From Gammaproteobacteria bacterium (GTDB lineage Bacteria; Pseudomonadota; Gammaproteobacteria; Eutrophobiales; Eutrophobiaceae): a stretch of DNA of 64,000 bases. This document shows, in pieces, positions 9,006-18,634 of this stretch. The notes under the pieces are model-generated. The model ran no database searches. It was not told where the DNA came from and saw only the letters and a program-made list of their open reading frames with translations. The translations under genes were made by a program, and so were the position numbers. Where the stretch lies: contig CBDCDS010000003.1 in the NCBI GenBank assembly GCA_965215365.1, positions 576,001 through 640,000 on the forward strand. Direction: 5' to 3'. Positions within the stretch are counted from its first letter, which is position 1; each line of letters begins with the position of its first letter.

Positions 9006-10286
9006 TCAGGGCCTCAGCGTTGGCGGCGTTGCGTCCAGGTCCTCAGCGAGCGCCTCGCGCACATAGGTCATCAGCGAGGGAATACCCGGCTCGATCTCCC
9101 GCCCGCCCTCAGGCGCCCAGGTGTAGCCCACATCGGCGAGTTGCCCGAGCGCCGCCTCGGCCGCCTTGGCGTCTAAGCCGACCTCCTCACACAACACCGC
9201 CTTGAGCGTTGCCTTATGCACGCGCGTAGCGCCCTCGCCCTCGAAGGCCTCGCCCACCGATGCGCCGGCCTCGAGCAGGCCACGCTCTTCGAGCTCCTCA
9301 TAGCGCTCGCCGTAATAACGTTCGCGGCGCGCGGCGACTGCGGGGGTGGCCTGCTCGACGAGCTCTGCCGTGACCGTATGGCTGTGCAACTGCTCGACCA
9401 AGACACCACACAACGCTCGCCCCCAAAGCTGAATAAAATACGGGTAACACTGTGAGTCATCGACCACCTTACCCAAGGCATCGGGCTCGATAGTCACCGA
9501 CCAATCACCGAGCGGCTCGGTTAAGGCCTGCGCGGTGGCCGCAGCGCTCAACCGGCCAATGGGCTGGATCTCAGAGCGGCTCCAGAAGGTGGCGCTCATC
9601 TTGCCCAAATGCGCCTCGAGCTGCGGCGTGCCAGCTAAGATGAGCACGAACGGGACCTTCGATGCGCGCAGCTGCTGACTGAGGTTGAGCAGGCGCCGAC
9701 CGATATCGATATCGAGCGTATGCGCTTCGTCCACGGCGACCAACAGCGGTTGGGCGCGACAACGCGCGGTCAGCTTGGCCTCGCCATACACCCGCAGCTC
9801 ATCGTCTGAGACGGCGCTGAGCTCAGCACTGAGCTCCGCGCTGAGATCGCCCGCTCCCACGCGTAAGCTCGCCGCCGAGGCCTTCTGTGTACGCGCCGCG
9901 CACCGCCCCAACAAGCGCCCGAGCCAGGGCCCGCCCGACGCCAGCGTCGATGGCGGACGCTGCAATAAGTTTCTGATTAGCTGTGCTGGGGAATCAATAT
10001 CATCAGGCGTCAGCGAGAGCACGCCGACCCCGGCCTCAGCGGCGGTGGCCCCGAGCTTTTTAAGCAACACCGTCTTGCCGTTGCCGCGCGGCCCGAAGAG
10101 CACCAGGTCCGCCGCCGGGCCGCGTCCCTTGCGCAAGGCGAGCAACAGCCGGCGCTCAAAGACCTTCGTCTCGTCACCGCGCCCGGCGAGCTTGGGCGGG
10201 GTCACGCCCGTGCCAGGCTGGAACAGGCCTAGCAGCGCCTCGGTGTAACGTTCGTCACTGAAATCATGCGGGAACGGTGTGGTCAT
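9006..10286 (-). CDS. AAA+/P-loop ATPase (AAA_16/Cdc6-like), paralog 1
   Basis: Walker A GPRGNGKT, Walker B VAVDEAH, YPYFIQL helical motif, likely winged-helix C-terminus. Confidence 0.85.
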   Translation of the reverse strand: MTTPFPHDFSDERYTEALLGLFQPGTGVTPPKLAGRGDETKVFERRLLLALRKGRGPAADLVLFGPRGNGKTVLLKKLGATAAEAGVGVLSLTPDDIDSPAQLIRNLLQRPPSTLASGGPWLGRLLGRCAARTQKASAASLRVGAGDLSAELSAELSAVSDDELRVYGEAKLTARCRAQPLLVAVDEAHTLDIDIGRRLLNLSQQLRASKVPFVLILAGTPQLEAHLGKMSATFWSRSEIQPIGRLSAAATAQALTEPLGDWSVTIEPDALGKVVDDSQCYPYFIQLWGRALCGVLVEQLHSHTVTAELVEQATPAVAARRERYYGERYEELEERGLLEAGASVGEAFEGEGATRVHKATLKAVLCEEVGLDAKAAEAALGQLADVGYTWAPEGGREIEPGIPSLMTYVREALAEDLDATPPTLRP

Positions 10287-10381
10287 GGCCGATCTCTCGA
10301 TAAGACAGTGGATGTAAGTTTGAAATATCCTTATCTATGTTCAACAGCGTACATTGCGGCGCGCCCTTAAGTCAATAAGCT

Positions 10382-10730
10382 TGTCCAGGTTCAATACATA
10401 TGAGACTCAGGGGTGTGCTGTGTGAGTTGTTGATAATACTCCATTGGGGTTAATAAACCAATACCGTCATGCGGCCGGTAGGTACGGTCACGCCGTCCGT
10501 GAAGCCGACACTCATTCGCGTAACGTCGCAACCCATTCCAACTGCTGCAAACGACCGCGCGCGTCAGCATCGGTAGTATCATCCACGCGCCAACTGCGAT
10601 ATGATTTCACCCGCTTACCTTTTGATCTGCATCGGGTAGTCCTCCTGTGTAAGTTAATCGAAATCACTTTACACACTTAACTACCCGATTTCTTTATCTA
10701 AAGAGTCTCACTTGTTTCTGAACCCGGACA
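10382..10730 (-). mobile_element. 349-bp internally deleted derivative of the IS481-family element
   Basis: Both termini match 47246 and 48377; interior is three spliced pieces of the transposase region. Confidence 0.9.
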
Positions 10731-10733
10731 TAT

Positions 10734-10899
10734 CAAAAAAACATGGGATTTGTCGCAATCGGAAATAGTTATACAGGTTCGACTGCGTATTCTGGCGAAC
10801 GTGAACACTGATTCCGGTTCATCGTGAACGCGGTTTTTTCCCACGCATGGCGTGTTGTGTCTTTTTACCTCAAGTGTTCACGATGAGTGTCTAGGTTCA
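10734..10899 (+). repeat. Direct repeat copy A2 (IS21-like end remnant) overlapping the tupC 3' end
   Basis: Matches 8628-8767 and supplies the tupC stop codon. Confidence 0.85.
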
Positions 10900-11533
10900 C
10901 TATGTTATCCGACAGTGACTGCGCCCGCAGTCGGTCGTGGGTGCTGAAGATGACGGTTTTTGTGCGAGCTTGCCGTTGCCCGTTGAGCCACTGTTCTATT
11001 TCATGTACGGTTGCCTCATCTAGGTAGGTGAACGGTTCGTCCATGATCACTACTTCGGGTTGCAGCGCCAGCGCCCGGGCCAGCGCCACTTTCTGTAGCT
11101 CGCCGCCGGACAGCTGGTTGGCATCGCGGCCCAGCAACGCAGTGAGCCCCAGTTCTCCGGCCACGGCATTCACGGTTGCGTCGATGACGCGGCGCGGCGC
11201 GCCCCGAAACTTCAGTCCCAGGCCGATATTGTCCCGCACCGACATCTTCATCAGGTACGGTTTTTGCTGCACGTAACCGACCTGACGCCGTAACTGCGCG
11301 CGACCACCCCCCGCAACCAGTGTCCCGCGGAACAGTATCGTACCGGCCCGGGGCGCGCGCAGAAAAGCCAGCAAGTCGAACAAGGTGCTCTTGCCGGAAC
11401 CGTTCGGTCCAACCACTGCGGTGACCCGGTTTTGCTCGATAAGCAACTCGTCCAGCTCCAGCGCGTTGCGGTCCTGGTAGGAGAAGGACAGGTTGCAGAT
11501 TTGGTATAAGTGAGTCACCGACATAGCGTCCAC
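10865..11533 (-). CDS. tupC: Tungstate ABC transporter ATP-binding protein
   Basis: GPNGSGKS, LSGGE signature, MDEP, STH; adjacent to tupB. Confidence 0.8.
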   Translation of the reverse strand: MDAMSVTHLYQICNLSFSYQDRNALELDELLIEQNRVTAVVGPNGSGKSTLFDLLAFLRAPRAGTILFRGTLVAGGGRAQLRRQVGYVQQKPYLMKMSVRDNIGLGLKFRGAPRRVIDATVNAVAGELGLTALLGRDANQLSGGELQKVALARALALQPEVVIMDEPFTYLDEATVHEIEQWLNGQRQARTKTVIFSTHDRLRAQSLSDNIVNLDTHREHLR

Positions 11534-11565
11534 AGGAACCTCTGATCAAATCCGGGCTTCCCTTG

Positions 11566-12255
11566 CTAATCCATGGCCTGGAAGCGCTGCACCGCGAAGT
11601 TCACCAGGAAGGCCGTGGCCAGCAGCAAGATGCCTAAAGCTAGGGCGAACTCGAATTCACCCTTGCTGGTTTCCAGGGCAATGGCGGTGGTCATGGTGCG
11701 GGTGAAGCCCTCGATATTGCCGCCCACCATCATGGCCACGCCCACCTCGCCGATGGCGCGACCAAAGCCAGCGACTAAGGCTGCGGCTAGGGCAAACTTT
11801 ACCTCGTGCACATACATGGCGCCCTGTTGCCAAAGCGATGCGCCCAGGGCCTGGCTGGTGGGTAGCAGGCGCGGGTCGGCGCCGGCGGCTGCGGCAATGG
11901 AGAGGTTCCAGATAATGGGCAATATTAACAGCATCTGACCGATGATAATGGCGCCGGTGGTATATAACAGCCCCAGCTGCCCGAGCAACCCTTGCCGGGT
12001 CAGCAGCCCGTACAGCAACAGCCCCACCACCACCGTGGGTAGCGCCATCAGCGTATTCAGCGTCTGCAACAGCAGGCGTTTTCCCGCAAAATCGCGCAGC
12101 GCCACCAGCATGCCCAGAGGGATGCCCGGCAACGCCGCCAGCGTCACTGCAAGCAGGGAAATAGACAGGGAAGTCCAGACGACCGTATAGATTTCCCTGT
12201 CAAAACTGAAAATGAGCGCCAGCGCCGCGCCGAACGCCGTGGAGAAATAATCCAT
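11566..12255 (-). CDS. tupB: Tungstate ABC transporter permease
   Basis: LMALPTVVVGL, GFGRAIGEVG..MMVGGNI...TRTMTTAIALETSKG motif. Confidence 0.88.
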   Translation of the reverse strand: MDYFSTAFGAALALIFSFDREIYTVVWTSLSISLLAVTLAALPGIPLGMLVALRDFAGKRLLLQTLNTLMALPTVVVGLLLYGLLTRQGLLGQLGLLYTTGAIIIGQMLLILPIIWNLSIAAAAGADPRLLPTSQALGASLWQQGAMYVHEVKFALAAALVAGFGRAIGEVGVAMMVGGNIEGFTRTMTTAIALETSKGEFEFALALGILLLATAFLVNFAVQRFQAMD

Positions 12256-12273
12256 GGCCCAGGCCGGGCTGCG

Positions 12274-12636
12274 CTAGCCGGCTGCCACTCCCAGGATAGC
12301 CAGCAGCAACGCGATCAGCGCCAGCACGAAGGCAAACGTGGAACGTTGCTGTTGCCGCCGCAGCGATGCGACCAGCGCCTCATTCTGGCTCGCCAGTTGC
12401 TTGATGAGCTTGAGTTGTTCAACGCTGGCTTCATCCATGGTATCTAAGCGCCGTTCCAGCCTGACCACCACTTCCTCCAGATTATCCGGCGTGATCGGGA
12501 CGCTCTCGGTACGGCCGGAGTCGACCTGCTCACGCTCCTTGACCATATCGATTAACTTACCCGCCGCCTGGATGATCATGGGCGCGGAATTGAGGATGGT
12601 GCCGATGGTAAACGGGTTCATAAACTTTTTTAGCAT
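12274..12636 (-). CDS. Hypothetical coiled-coil protein with C-terminal TM anchor
   Basis: Heptad-rich middle, hydrophobic tail, co-oriented with tupB. Confidence 0.65.
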   Translation of the reverse strand: MLKKFMNPFTIGTILNSAPMIIQAAGKLIDMVKEREQVDSGRTESVPITPDNLEEVVVRLERRLDTMDEASVEQLKLIKQLASQNEALVASLRRQQQRSTFAFVLALIALLLAILGVAAG

Positions 12637-12670
12637 GGTGCTCTACAGGAAATGGAACCGCGCAGCTGCG

Positions 12671-12696
12671 CTTGAAAAATTCTAACGTATCCCCAT
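12671..12696 (+). promoter_or_regulatory. Sigma-32 heat-shock promoter
   Basis: CTTGAA-N14-CCCCAT upstream of the Hsp20 gene. Confidence 0.8.
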
Positions 12697-12758
12697 CTTT
12701 TGTACCAGTAGCACGATCTACCACACACTGAACCCTATAACCATTTTGGAGGTGACAC

Positions 12759-13184
12759 ATGGTCAGATTATATTCAAATCCGGTCGGCAACCTGTTGACC
12801 TTGCCAAACGCTCTGTCGGATACGATACTGAGTGACTGGTTTGATTCTGAACCCGCCGGCCGCGGCAGGTTCCCCGCCATCGACATATTCCAGCAGGACG
12901 GCGAATACACCATCAAGGCTGAACTGCCGGGTGTGAAGCGGGACGATATTGATATCGATGTGCAGCGCAACCGTATCAGGATTTCCGGGAAAAAGGAGCT
13001 GGATTACGGTGCAGGCGTGAGCGTGTGCCGGCAGGAACAGCAGACCGGTGCGTTCGAGCGCACTTTTGCCATGCCGTTCGAGATAGACGCGGAACAGGTG
13101 CGGGCTGAATACCGTGACGGTATCCTGGCGTTGTCCCTGCCGCGCGCCGAGCAGGACAAGCCGCGCTCGATCAGTATTTCCTGA
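12759..13184 (+). CDS. Hsp20/alpha-crystallin small heat-shock protein
   Basis: AELPGV..DDI, G.FERTF.MP, A.YRDGIL.LSLP motifs; GGAGG RBS. Confidence 0.93.
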   Translation: MVRLYSNPVGNLLTLPNALSDTILSDWFDSEPAGRGRFPAIDIFQQDGEYTIKAELPGVKRDDIDIDVQRNRIRISGKKELDYGAGVSVCRQEQQTGAFERTFAMPFEIDAEQVRAEYRDGILALSLPRAEQDKPRSISIS

Positions 13185-13241
13185 AGGACACCTCTGACAA
13201 TCAGAGGTATCCTTGCAGCATGGGAATATCCGTCTCAGAAA

Positions 13242-14264
13242 ATGTCAAATAAATCCGAGATACTCCGGCTCAAGTCGTTCATCTCCCGCCATATCATCGG
13301 CCAGCACAAGCTGGTGGAGCGGTTGCTGCTGGCCTTGCTGGCGGATGGGCATCTGCTGGTGGAGGGTGCGCCGGGGCTGGCCAAGACCCGCGCCGTCAAG
13401 GTGCTGGGTGACGGCATCGACGCCGACTTTCACCGCGTGCAGTTCACGCCCGACTTGCTGCCCGCCGACCTGACCGGCACCGAGATCTACCGGCCTCAGG
13501 ACGGTTCCTTTCAGTTCCAGCGTGGCCCGTTGTTCCACAATCTGGTCCTGGCTGATGAAGTAAACCGGGCGCCGGCCAAGGTGCAGTCGGCGTTGCTGGA
13601 AGCCATGGCCGAGCGGCAGATCACCGTCGGCAGGGAAACCTACCGCTTGCCGCAGTTGTACCTGGTGATGGCAACCCAAAATCCCATCGAGCAGGAAGGC
13701 ACTTACCCGTTACCCGAAGCACAGCTTGACCGCTTCCTGCTACACGTACAAGTCACTTACCCGGACGCCCAGGAAGAGCAGGACATCCTGGCGCTGGCCC
13801 GGCAGGAAGCCAGACAAGGGCCTGGACAGGAGGCCGGGCAAGAGCTTGGGCAGGAGTCCAAGCAAGAACTTGGGCAGGAAGCTGGGCAGGCGCAAGCGGC
13901 GGCGGTGACGCAGGAGGTGATTTTTGCCGCGCGTAACGAAGCGCTGGACACCTACATGGCGGAAAACCTGCAGCAATACCTGATCCAACTGGTGCTGGCC
14001 ACCCGCAATCCGGCTGCCTACGGTGACGATCTGGCCCAGTGGTTGCAGTACGGCGGCAGCCCGCGCGCCACCATTGCCTTGGATCGTTGCGCACGCGTCC
14101 AGGCCTGGCTCAACGACCGCGATTTCGTGGGGCCGGAAGATGTGCAGGCAGTGGTCTATGACGTGCTGCGCCATCGCCTGATCCTGAATTATGAAGCCGA
14201 GGCTGAAGGGGTCACCACCGACCATGTCATCGGTGAGTTGATCAACCGCATCGCGGTGCCCTGA
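13242..14264 (+). CDS. moxR: MoxR-family AAA+ ATPase
   Basis: EGAPGLAKT, RVQFTPDLLPAD, LADEVNRA, ATQNPIEQEGTYPLPEAQLDRF. Confidence 0.95.
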   Translation: MSNKSEILRLKSFISRHIIGQHKLVERLLLALLADGHLLVEGAPGLAKTRAVKVLGDGIDADFHRVQFTPDLLPADLTGTEIYRPQDGSFQFQRGPLFHNLVLADEVNRAPAKVQSALLEAMAERQITVGRETYRLPQLYLVMATQNPIEQEGTYPLPEAQLDRFLLHVQVTYPDAQEEQDILALARQEARQGPGQEAGQELGQESKQELGQEAGQAQAAAVTQEVIFAARNEALDTYMAENLQQYLIQLVLATRNPAAYGDDLAQWLQYGGSPRATIALDRCARVQAWLNDRDFVGPEDVQAVVYDVLRHRLILNYEAEAEGVTTDHVIGELINRIAVP

Positions 14265-14290
14265 GAACAGAGTTAAAGGAACCTGCAACA

Positions 14291-15250
14291 ATGCCCACCG
14301 TGGCAGCCAGCGTTGATCCGACCCGGGTATCGGTCCCGGACCTGGTGGCCCTGAGCCGCGCCGCAGCTTCCATCCGGTTGGGACGCGGCAGGATACTGTC
14401 CCGCCGTAGCGGTGATTACCAGTCGCCGTTCCGGGGGCGCGGCATGGAATTCGATGAATCCAGGTTATACCAGCCGGGGGACGATGTCCGCAACATCGAC
14501 TGGCGGGTGACGGCCAGGACCGGCAAGGCCCATACCAAACTGTTCCGTGAAGAGCGCGAGCGACCGGTATTCGTGTGGCTGGACTTGCGCAGACCCATGC
14601 ACTTTGCCACCCGCGGCAGGTACAAATCGGCGCTGGCCGCGCAGCTGGCCGCGCTGGTTGCCTGGAGCGCCTTACACAATGGAGACCGGGTGGGCGGGGT
14701 GATATTTTCCGAACAGGAACACCATGAGTTGAAACCCAAGCGCGGCAAGGCTGCGGTACTGCGCCTGCTCAACCGTATCGTTCACAACCCATCCTGGACC
14801 GCCGCGCCGTCTTCTGCGGCAGACACACACTCCCTGGAACCTGCTTTGGAACGCTTGCGCCGGGTGGCGCGACCGGGCAGCCTGATTTTCCTGATCAGTG
14901 ATTTCCGTCTTATGGATACCCAAGCGGAGATACCACTGACAAGGTTATGCCAGCACAACGAGGTGGCGATGTTGTTCGTCCATGACCGGCTGGAACAGGA
15001 ACTGCCGCCACCCGGCCGTTACCGGCTCAGCGATGGCCGCAGGGACTTCCTGGTAGACAGTTCAGACAACCGGTTAAGCAAGCAGTACCGGCAGCGTTTC
15101 CAGGCGCGCCGGCAACGCCTGCAACAACTGTCCGCAGCGAATCGAATGCTGTTGATCCCGTGCCGGACTGAGGCCGAACCGCTGTCCCTGTTGCACGGCG
15201 GCCTGAGACCGGAAAAGAGCAGTCATAACCGCCTTGCCGCAGGCGCTTGA
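14291..15250 (+). CDS. DUF58 family protein
   Basis: GRGMEFDESRLYQPGDDVRNIDWRVTAR motif. Confidence 0.92.
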   Translation: MPTVAASVDPTRVSVPDLVALSRAAASIRLGRGRILSRRSGDYQSPFRGRGMEFDESRLYQPGDDVRNIDWRVTARTGKAHTKLFREERERPVFVWLDLRRPMHFATRGRYKSALAAQLAALVAWSALHNGDRVGGVIFSEQEHHELKPKRGKAAVLRLLNRIVHNPSWTAAPSSAADTHSLEPALERLRRVARPGSLIFLISDFRLMDTQAEIPLTRLCQHNEVAMLFVHDRLEQELPPPGRYRLSDGRRDFLVDSSDNRLSKQYRQRFQARRQRLQQLSAANRMLLIPCRTEAEPLSLLHGGLRPEKSSHNRLAAGA

Positions 15251-15259
15251 CTTGCCGAC

Positions 15260-15817
15260 ATGCAGTCTCCTGCATTGGATCCGTCAACCTTACCGCTACG
15301 GGATATCCATCTCCCGGAGAATGTCGGCTGGTGGCCGCCGGCGCCCGGATGGTGGCTGTTGCCGGCGCTGGCAGTACTGGCGCTTGCGGCAGCATGGTAC
15401 GCGCGCCGGCTGTACCGCCGCCGCCGCTACTCTGCCGTGAACATGGCAAAACAGGAGCTTGCCGGGATCCGTGCCCGTTATAACATTGATGGCGACGCGG
15501 TGCAATGTGTGCGCGCTGTTTCTGCCCTGTTACGACGCGTCAGCATCAGCCTGTTTCCCAGAGCTGCAAGCGCCGGCTTGACCGGCGCCGACTGGTTGGC
15601 GTTGTTGCGGTCAGGTAACATTCAGCAAAAAACAGGCAAGGAAGAACCCGCCGGGGGCGTTATACTCGAAGATATTCACACCTTACTGCTCGAAGCCCCC
15701 TACCGGCGCCAGGTTGCCGCAGCAGAGGTCGAGTCCCTGCTCGGTTTCTGCGCGGACTGGCTCGACCGGCGGTCCCGAAGCAAGCCCTGCCGGGGCAGCT
15801 TATGCCGGAGCAAATGA
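15260..15817 (+). CDS. DUF4381-like membrane protein
   Basis: LRDIHLP..VGWWPPAPGWW motif; position in MoxR operon. Confidence 0.85.
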   Translation: MQSPALDPSTLPLRDIHLPENVGWWPPAPGWWLLPALAVLALAAAWYARRLYRRRRYSAVNMAKQELAGIRARYNIDGDAVQCVRAVSALLRRVSISLFPRAASAGLTGADWLALLRSGNIQQKTGKEEPAGGVILEDIHTLLLEAPYRRQVAAAEVESLLGFCADWLDRRSRSKPCRGSLCRSK

Positions 15818-16794
15818 TGATTGGCTTTGAGTGGCCCTGGCTGGCACTGTTGCTGCCCTTGCCGTATTTCATCTACCGCTACGCGCGACCCCGCAAGGTG
15901 GCTGCGGGTTCGGCGTTACAAGTGCCGTTTGCAGATGATTTTATCGAAGCTGAGCAGGGCGCCGTACCCTCGTCGCGCAACTGGCCGCTGTGGCTGGCGC
16001 TGGCGGCCTGGATCTTGCTGGTACTTGCCGCAATGCGCCCGCAATGGCTGGGCGAGCTGGTTGAAGTGCCCGTTAGCGGCCGTGAACTGATGCTGGCGGT
16101 GGACCTGTCCGGCAGTATGGAACAGCGCGACTTTGCCTTACGCAACAAGCGCATCGACCGCCTGACTGCGACCAAGCTGGTTGCCGGTGACTTTATCGAG
16201 CGCCGGGTCGGTGACCGCATCGGCCTGATACTGTTCGGTGAACAGGCTTACCTGCAAGCGCCGTTGACGTTTGATCGGGAGACGGTCAAGACCTTGCTGT
16301 CCGAGGCCGTGATCGGGCTGGCCGGCAAGGCCACTGCAATTGGAGACGCTATCGGTCTGGCGGTGAAACGTCTGCGCGAACGGGATGCCAGCCAGCGGGT
16401 GCTGGTGCTGTTGACCGACGGCGCCAATACCGCCGGGGTGGTGGAGCCGATCCCGGCCGCACAACTGGCAAGCCAAGAGGGACTGAAAATTTATACTATC
16501 GGTATCGGCGCTACGGAGCTGCTGGAACGCAGCCTGTTCGGAACCCGCCGGATCAACCCCTCGGCTGACCTGGATGAGGCTGCCTTGACCGAGATTGCCA
16601 ACCTCACCGGCGGCGCCTATTTCCGCGCCCGCGACCTGGGGGAACTGGAACGCATTTACGCCCTGATAGACGAGCTGGAGCCGATAGAACAGGAGCCAAA
16701 GAAGTATCGACCGCGCACCTCCCTGTATTATTGGCCCCTGGCCGCGGCTTTGTTACTGGGCGCGTTACTTGCCCTAGTGAGACGTGGGGAATGA
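15802..16794 (+). CDS. vWA domain protein (BatA-like)
   Basis: MIDAS DLSGSM, TAIGDA, LLTDG. Confidence 0.92.
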   Translation: MPEQMMIGFEWPWLALLLPLPYFIYRYARPRKVAAGSALQVPFADDFIEAEQGAVPSSRNWPLWLALAAWILLVLAAMRPQWLGELVEVPVSGRELMLAVDLSGSMEQRDFALRNKRIDRLTATKLVAGDFIERRVGDRIGLILFGEQAYLQAPLTFDRETVKTLLSEAVIGLAGKATAIGDAIGLAVKRLRERDASQRVLVLLTDGANTAGVVEPIPAAQLASQEGLKIYTIGIGATELLERSLFGTRRINPSADLDEAALTEIANLTGGAYFRARDLGELERIYALIDELEPIEQEPKKYRPRTSLYYWPLAAALLLGALLALVRRGE

Positions 16795-16819
16795 CGAACA
16801 GCTATCCCGAACACCGGCC

Positions 16820-18634
16820 ATGATTGACATAGAACTGTTTCACTTCCTGCGCCCGCACTGGTTTATTGCGCTGTTGCCGCTGGTGCTGTTGCTGTGGTTC
16901 CTGTTTTTCCGTAAGGGCGCGCAGAGCAACTGGGAAACGGTAGTCGATGAGCCGCTGTTGCCGCATATCCTGAGCAAGGGCGCCTCCGGGCCGCGGCGCG
17001 CGGCGCTCCTGCTCAGCGCCGGCGCCGGACTGCTGGGCATTCTGGCGCTGGCGGGTCCGGTCTGGGAGAAACTGCCACAACCTGTATTCACTACGCAGGA
17101 GGCTTTGGTAATCGCCCTGGATCTTACTCGTTCCATGGACGCCAACGACATCTCGCCCAGCCGGCTGCAGCGGGCGCGTTACAAGATCAGCGACCTCCTA
17201 GAGCAACGCCAGGAAGGACAGACTGCACTGCTGGTATATGCCGGGGACGCATTTACCGTAACTCCGTTGACCGATGACGTCGAGACCATCAGAGCGCAGT
17301 TGAACGCGCTGGATACCGGTATCATGCCGGCGACCGGCAATCGTACCGACAAGGCCATTACTCTGGCACTGGACCTGCTCAGGCAAGGCGGGATGGAGCA
17401 TGGTCAGGTTCTGTTGATCACCGATGAAGTGAACCCGGATCTTGCCGGCGCCAGCGTGGCGCGCTTGCGCGGCGAGGGCTACCGACTATCCGTACTGGGG
17501 GTGGGCACGCAGCATGGGGCGCCGGTACTGTTGCCGGACGGCGGTTTCCTGCAAGGCCGCGACGGCGCCATCGTGCTCCCCATTCTGGCTGAGGATGAGT
17601 TGCGCGAACTGGCTGGCGCCGGTGGCGGCATGTACGTTCGCGTGAGCAAGGATGATGCGGATGTCGAGCGCCTGAACCAGTTTTTTGCCGGCGCGCAGCC
17701 ACAAGGTGAGCAGGCCGGCGCCGAAATCAGCGCGGATGTATGGCGCGAACAAGGCCCGTGGCTGGTATTATGCCTGCTGCCCCTGGCCGCGTTGCTGTTC
17801 CGGCGCGGCTATGTGCTGGGGCTGCTGTTGTTGCCCCTGGCCGATACCGCGCAGGCCCTGGACTGGGAGAGGCTATGGCTGCGCCAGGACCAACAGGCGC
17901 AGCGGGCGATGGCTGCTCAGGATTACACGGGCGCGGCGGTACTGTTCGATGATCCGGCCTGGAAAGCCGCCGCGCAGCACCGCGCCGGGGATTATCAGGG
18001 CGCGGTTGACAGCCTAGAGCCACTGGTCGACGCGCAAAGCAGCTACAACCGGGGCAACGCGCTGGCGCGTCTGGGGCGTTACCCCGAGGCCATTGCGGCA
18101 TACCAGCACACGCTGGCTGCGCAACCCGAGCACGCCGACGCCAAATTCAATAAGGAGTTGCTGGAACAAGCTCTCAAACAGCAACAGCAGCAGCAGCAAC
18201 AGCAAGGTGAACAGGAACAGGACGCGCAGCCCGAGCAGCAACAGCCGCATGAACAAGAGGCAGGGGACGGCGGCGAACAGCACACTGAGGGCGGGCAGCA
18301 GCAGCAGGCAGAAAATGAAGCGCGGCAACAGCCCGACCAACCGCAACAGGAAGCGGCGGAGCAAAATGAAGCATCTGCGGCCGACCAGGAGCAACAACAA
18401 GAAGAACGGCGGCAACAGGGTGAACAGGCTCAGCAACAGGCCCGGCAACAGGACGCTGAGCAAGCCTTGGCCCAGGCCCAGGCCGCTGAGCAAAAGACTG
18501 CCGAACAGCAACAGGCCACCGAACAGTGGCTGCGCCGCATTCCTGACGACCCGTCCGCACTGCTGCGCAGAAAGTTCCGCTATCAATACCAGCAGCGTGA
18601 ATATGAAGAGAGTCGCGATGATCAGACCTGGTAA
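16820..18634 (+). CDS. vWA + TPR protein with Gln-rich tail (BatB/C-like)
   Basis: FHFLRP, DLTRSM, PLTDD, YNRGNALA TPR, Q/E-rich linker, WLRRIPDDP. Confidence 0.92.
   Translation: MIDIELFHFLRPHWFIALLPLVLLLWFLFFRKGAQSNWETVVDEPLLPHILSKGASGPRRAALLLSAGAGLLGILALAGPVWEKLPQPVFTTQEALVIALDLTRSMDANDISPSRLQRARYKISDLLEQRQEGQTALLVYAGDAFTVTPLTDDVETIRAQLNALDTGIMPATGNRTDKAITLALDLLRQGGMEHGQVLLITDEVNPDLAGASVARLRGEGYRLSVLGVGTQHGAPVLLPDGGFLQGRDGAIVLPILAEDELRELAGAGGGMYVRVSKDDADVERLNQFFAGAQPQGEQAGAEISADVWREQGPWLVLCLLPLAALLFRRGYVLGLLLLPLADTAQALDWERLWLRQDQQAQRAMAAQDYTGAAVLFDDPAWKAAAQHRAGDYQGAVDSLEPLVDAQSSYNRGNALARLGRYPEAIAAYQHTLAAQPEHADAKFNKELLEQALKQQQQQQQQQGEQEQDAQPEQQQPHEQEAGDGGEQHTEGGQQQQAENEARQQPDQPQQEAAEQNEASAADQEQQQEERRQQGEQAQQQARQQDAEQALAQAQAAEQKTAEQQQATEQWLRRIPDDPSALLRRKFRYQYQQREYEESRDDQTW

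Noticed and set aside
18177-18205. CAG/CAA repeat as a phase-variation switch
   Set aside because: Triplet repeat in a Gln-rich linker normal for this family; it cannot shift the frame
18093-18617. N/S/R-rich N-terminal extension of the 784-aa ORF
   Set aside because: Alternate-frame read of the Gln-rich BatB tail; BatD starts at or after 18618
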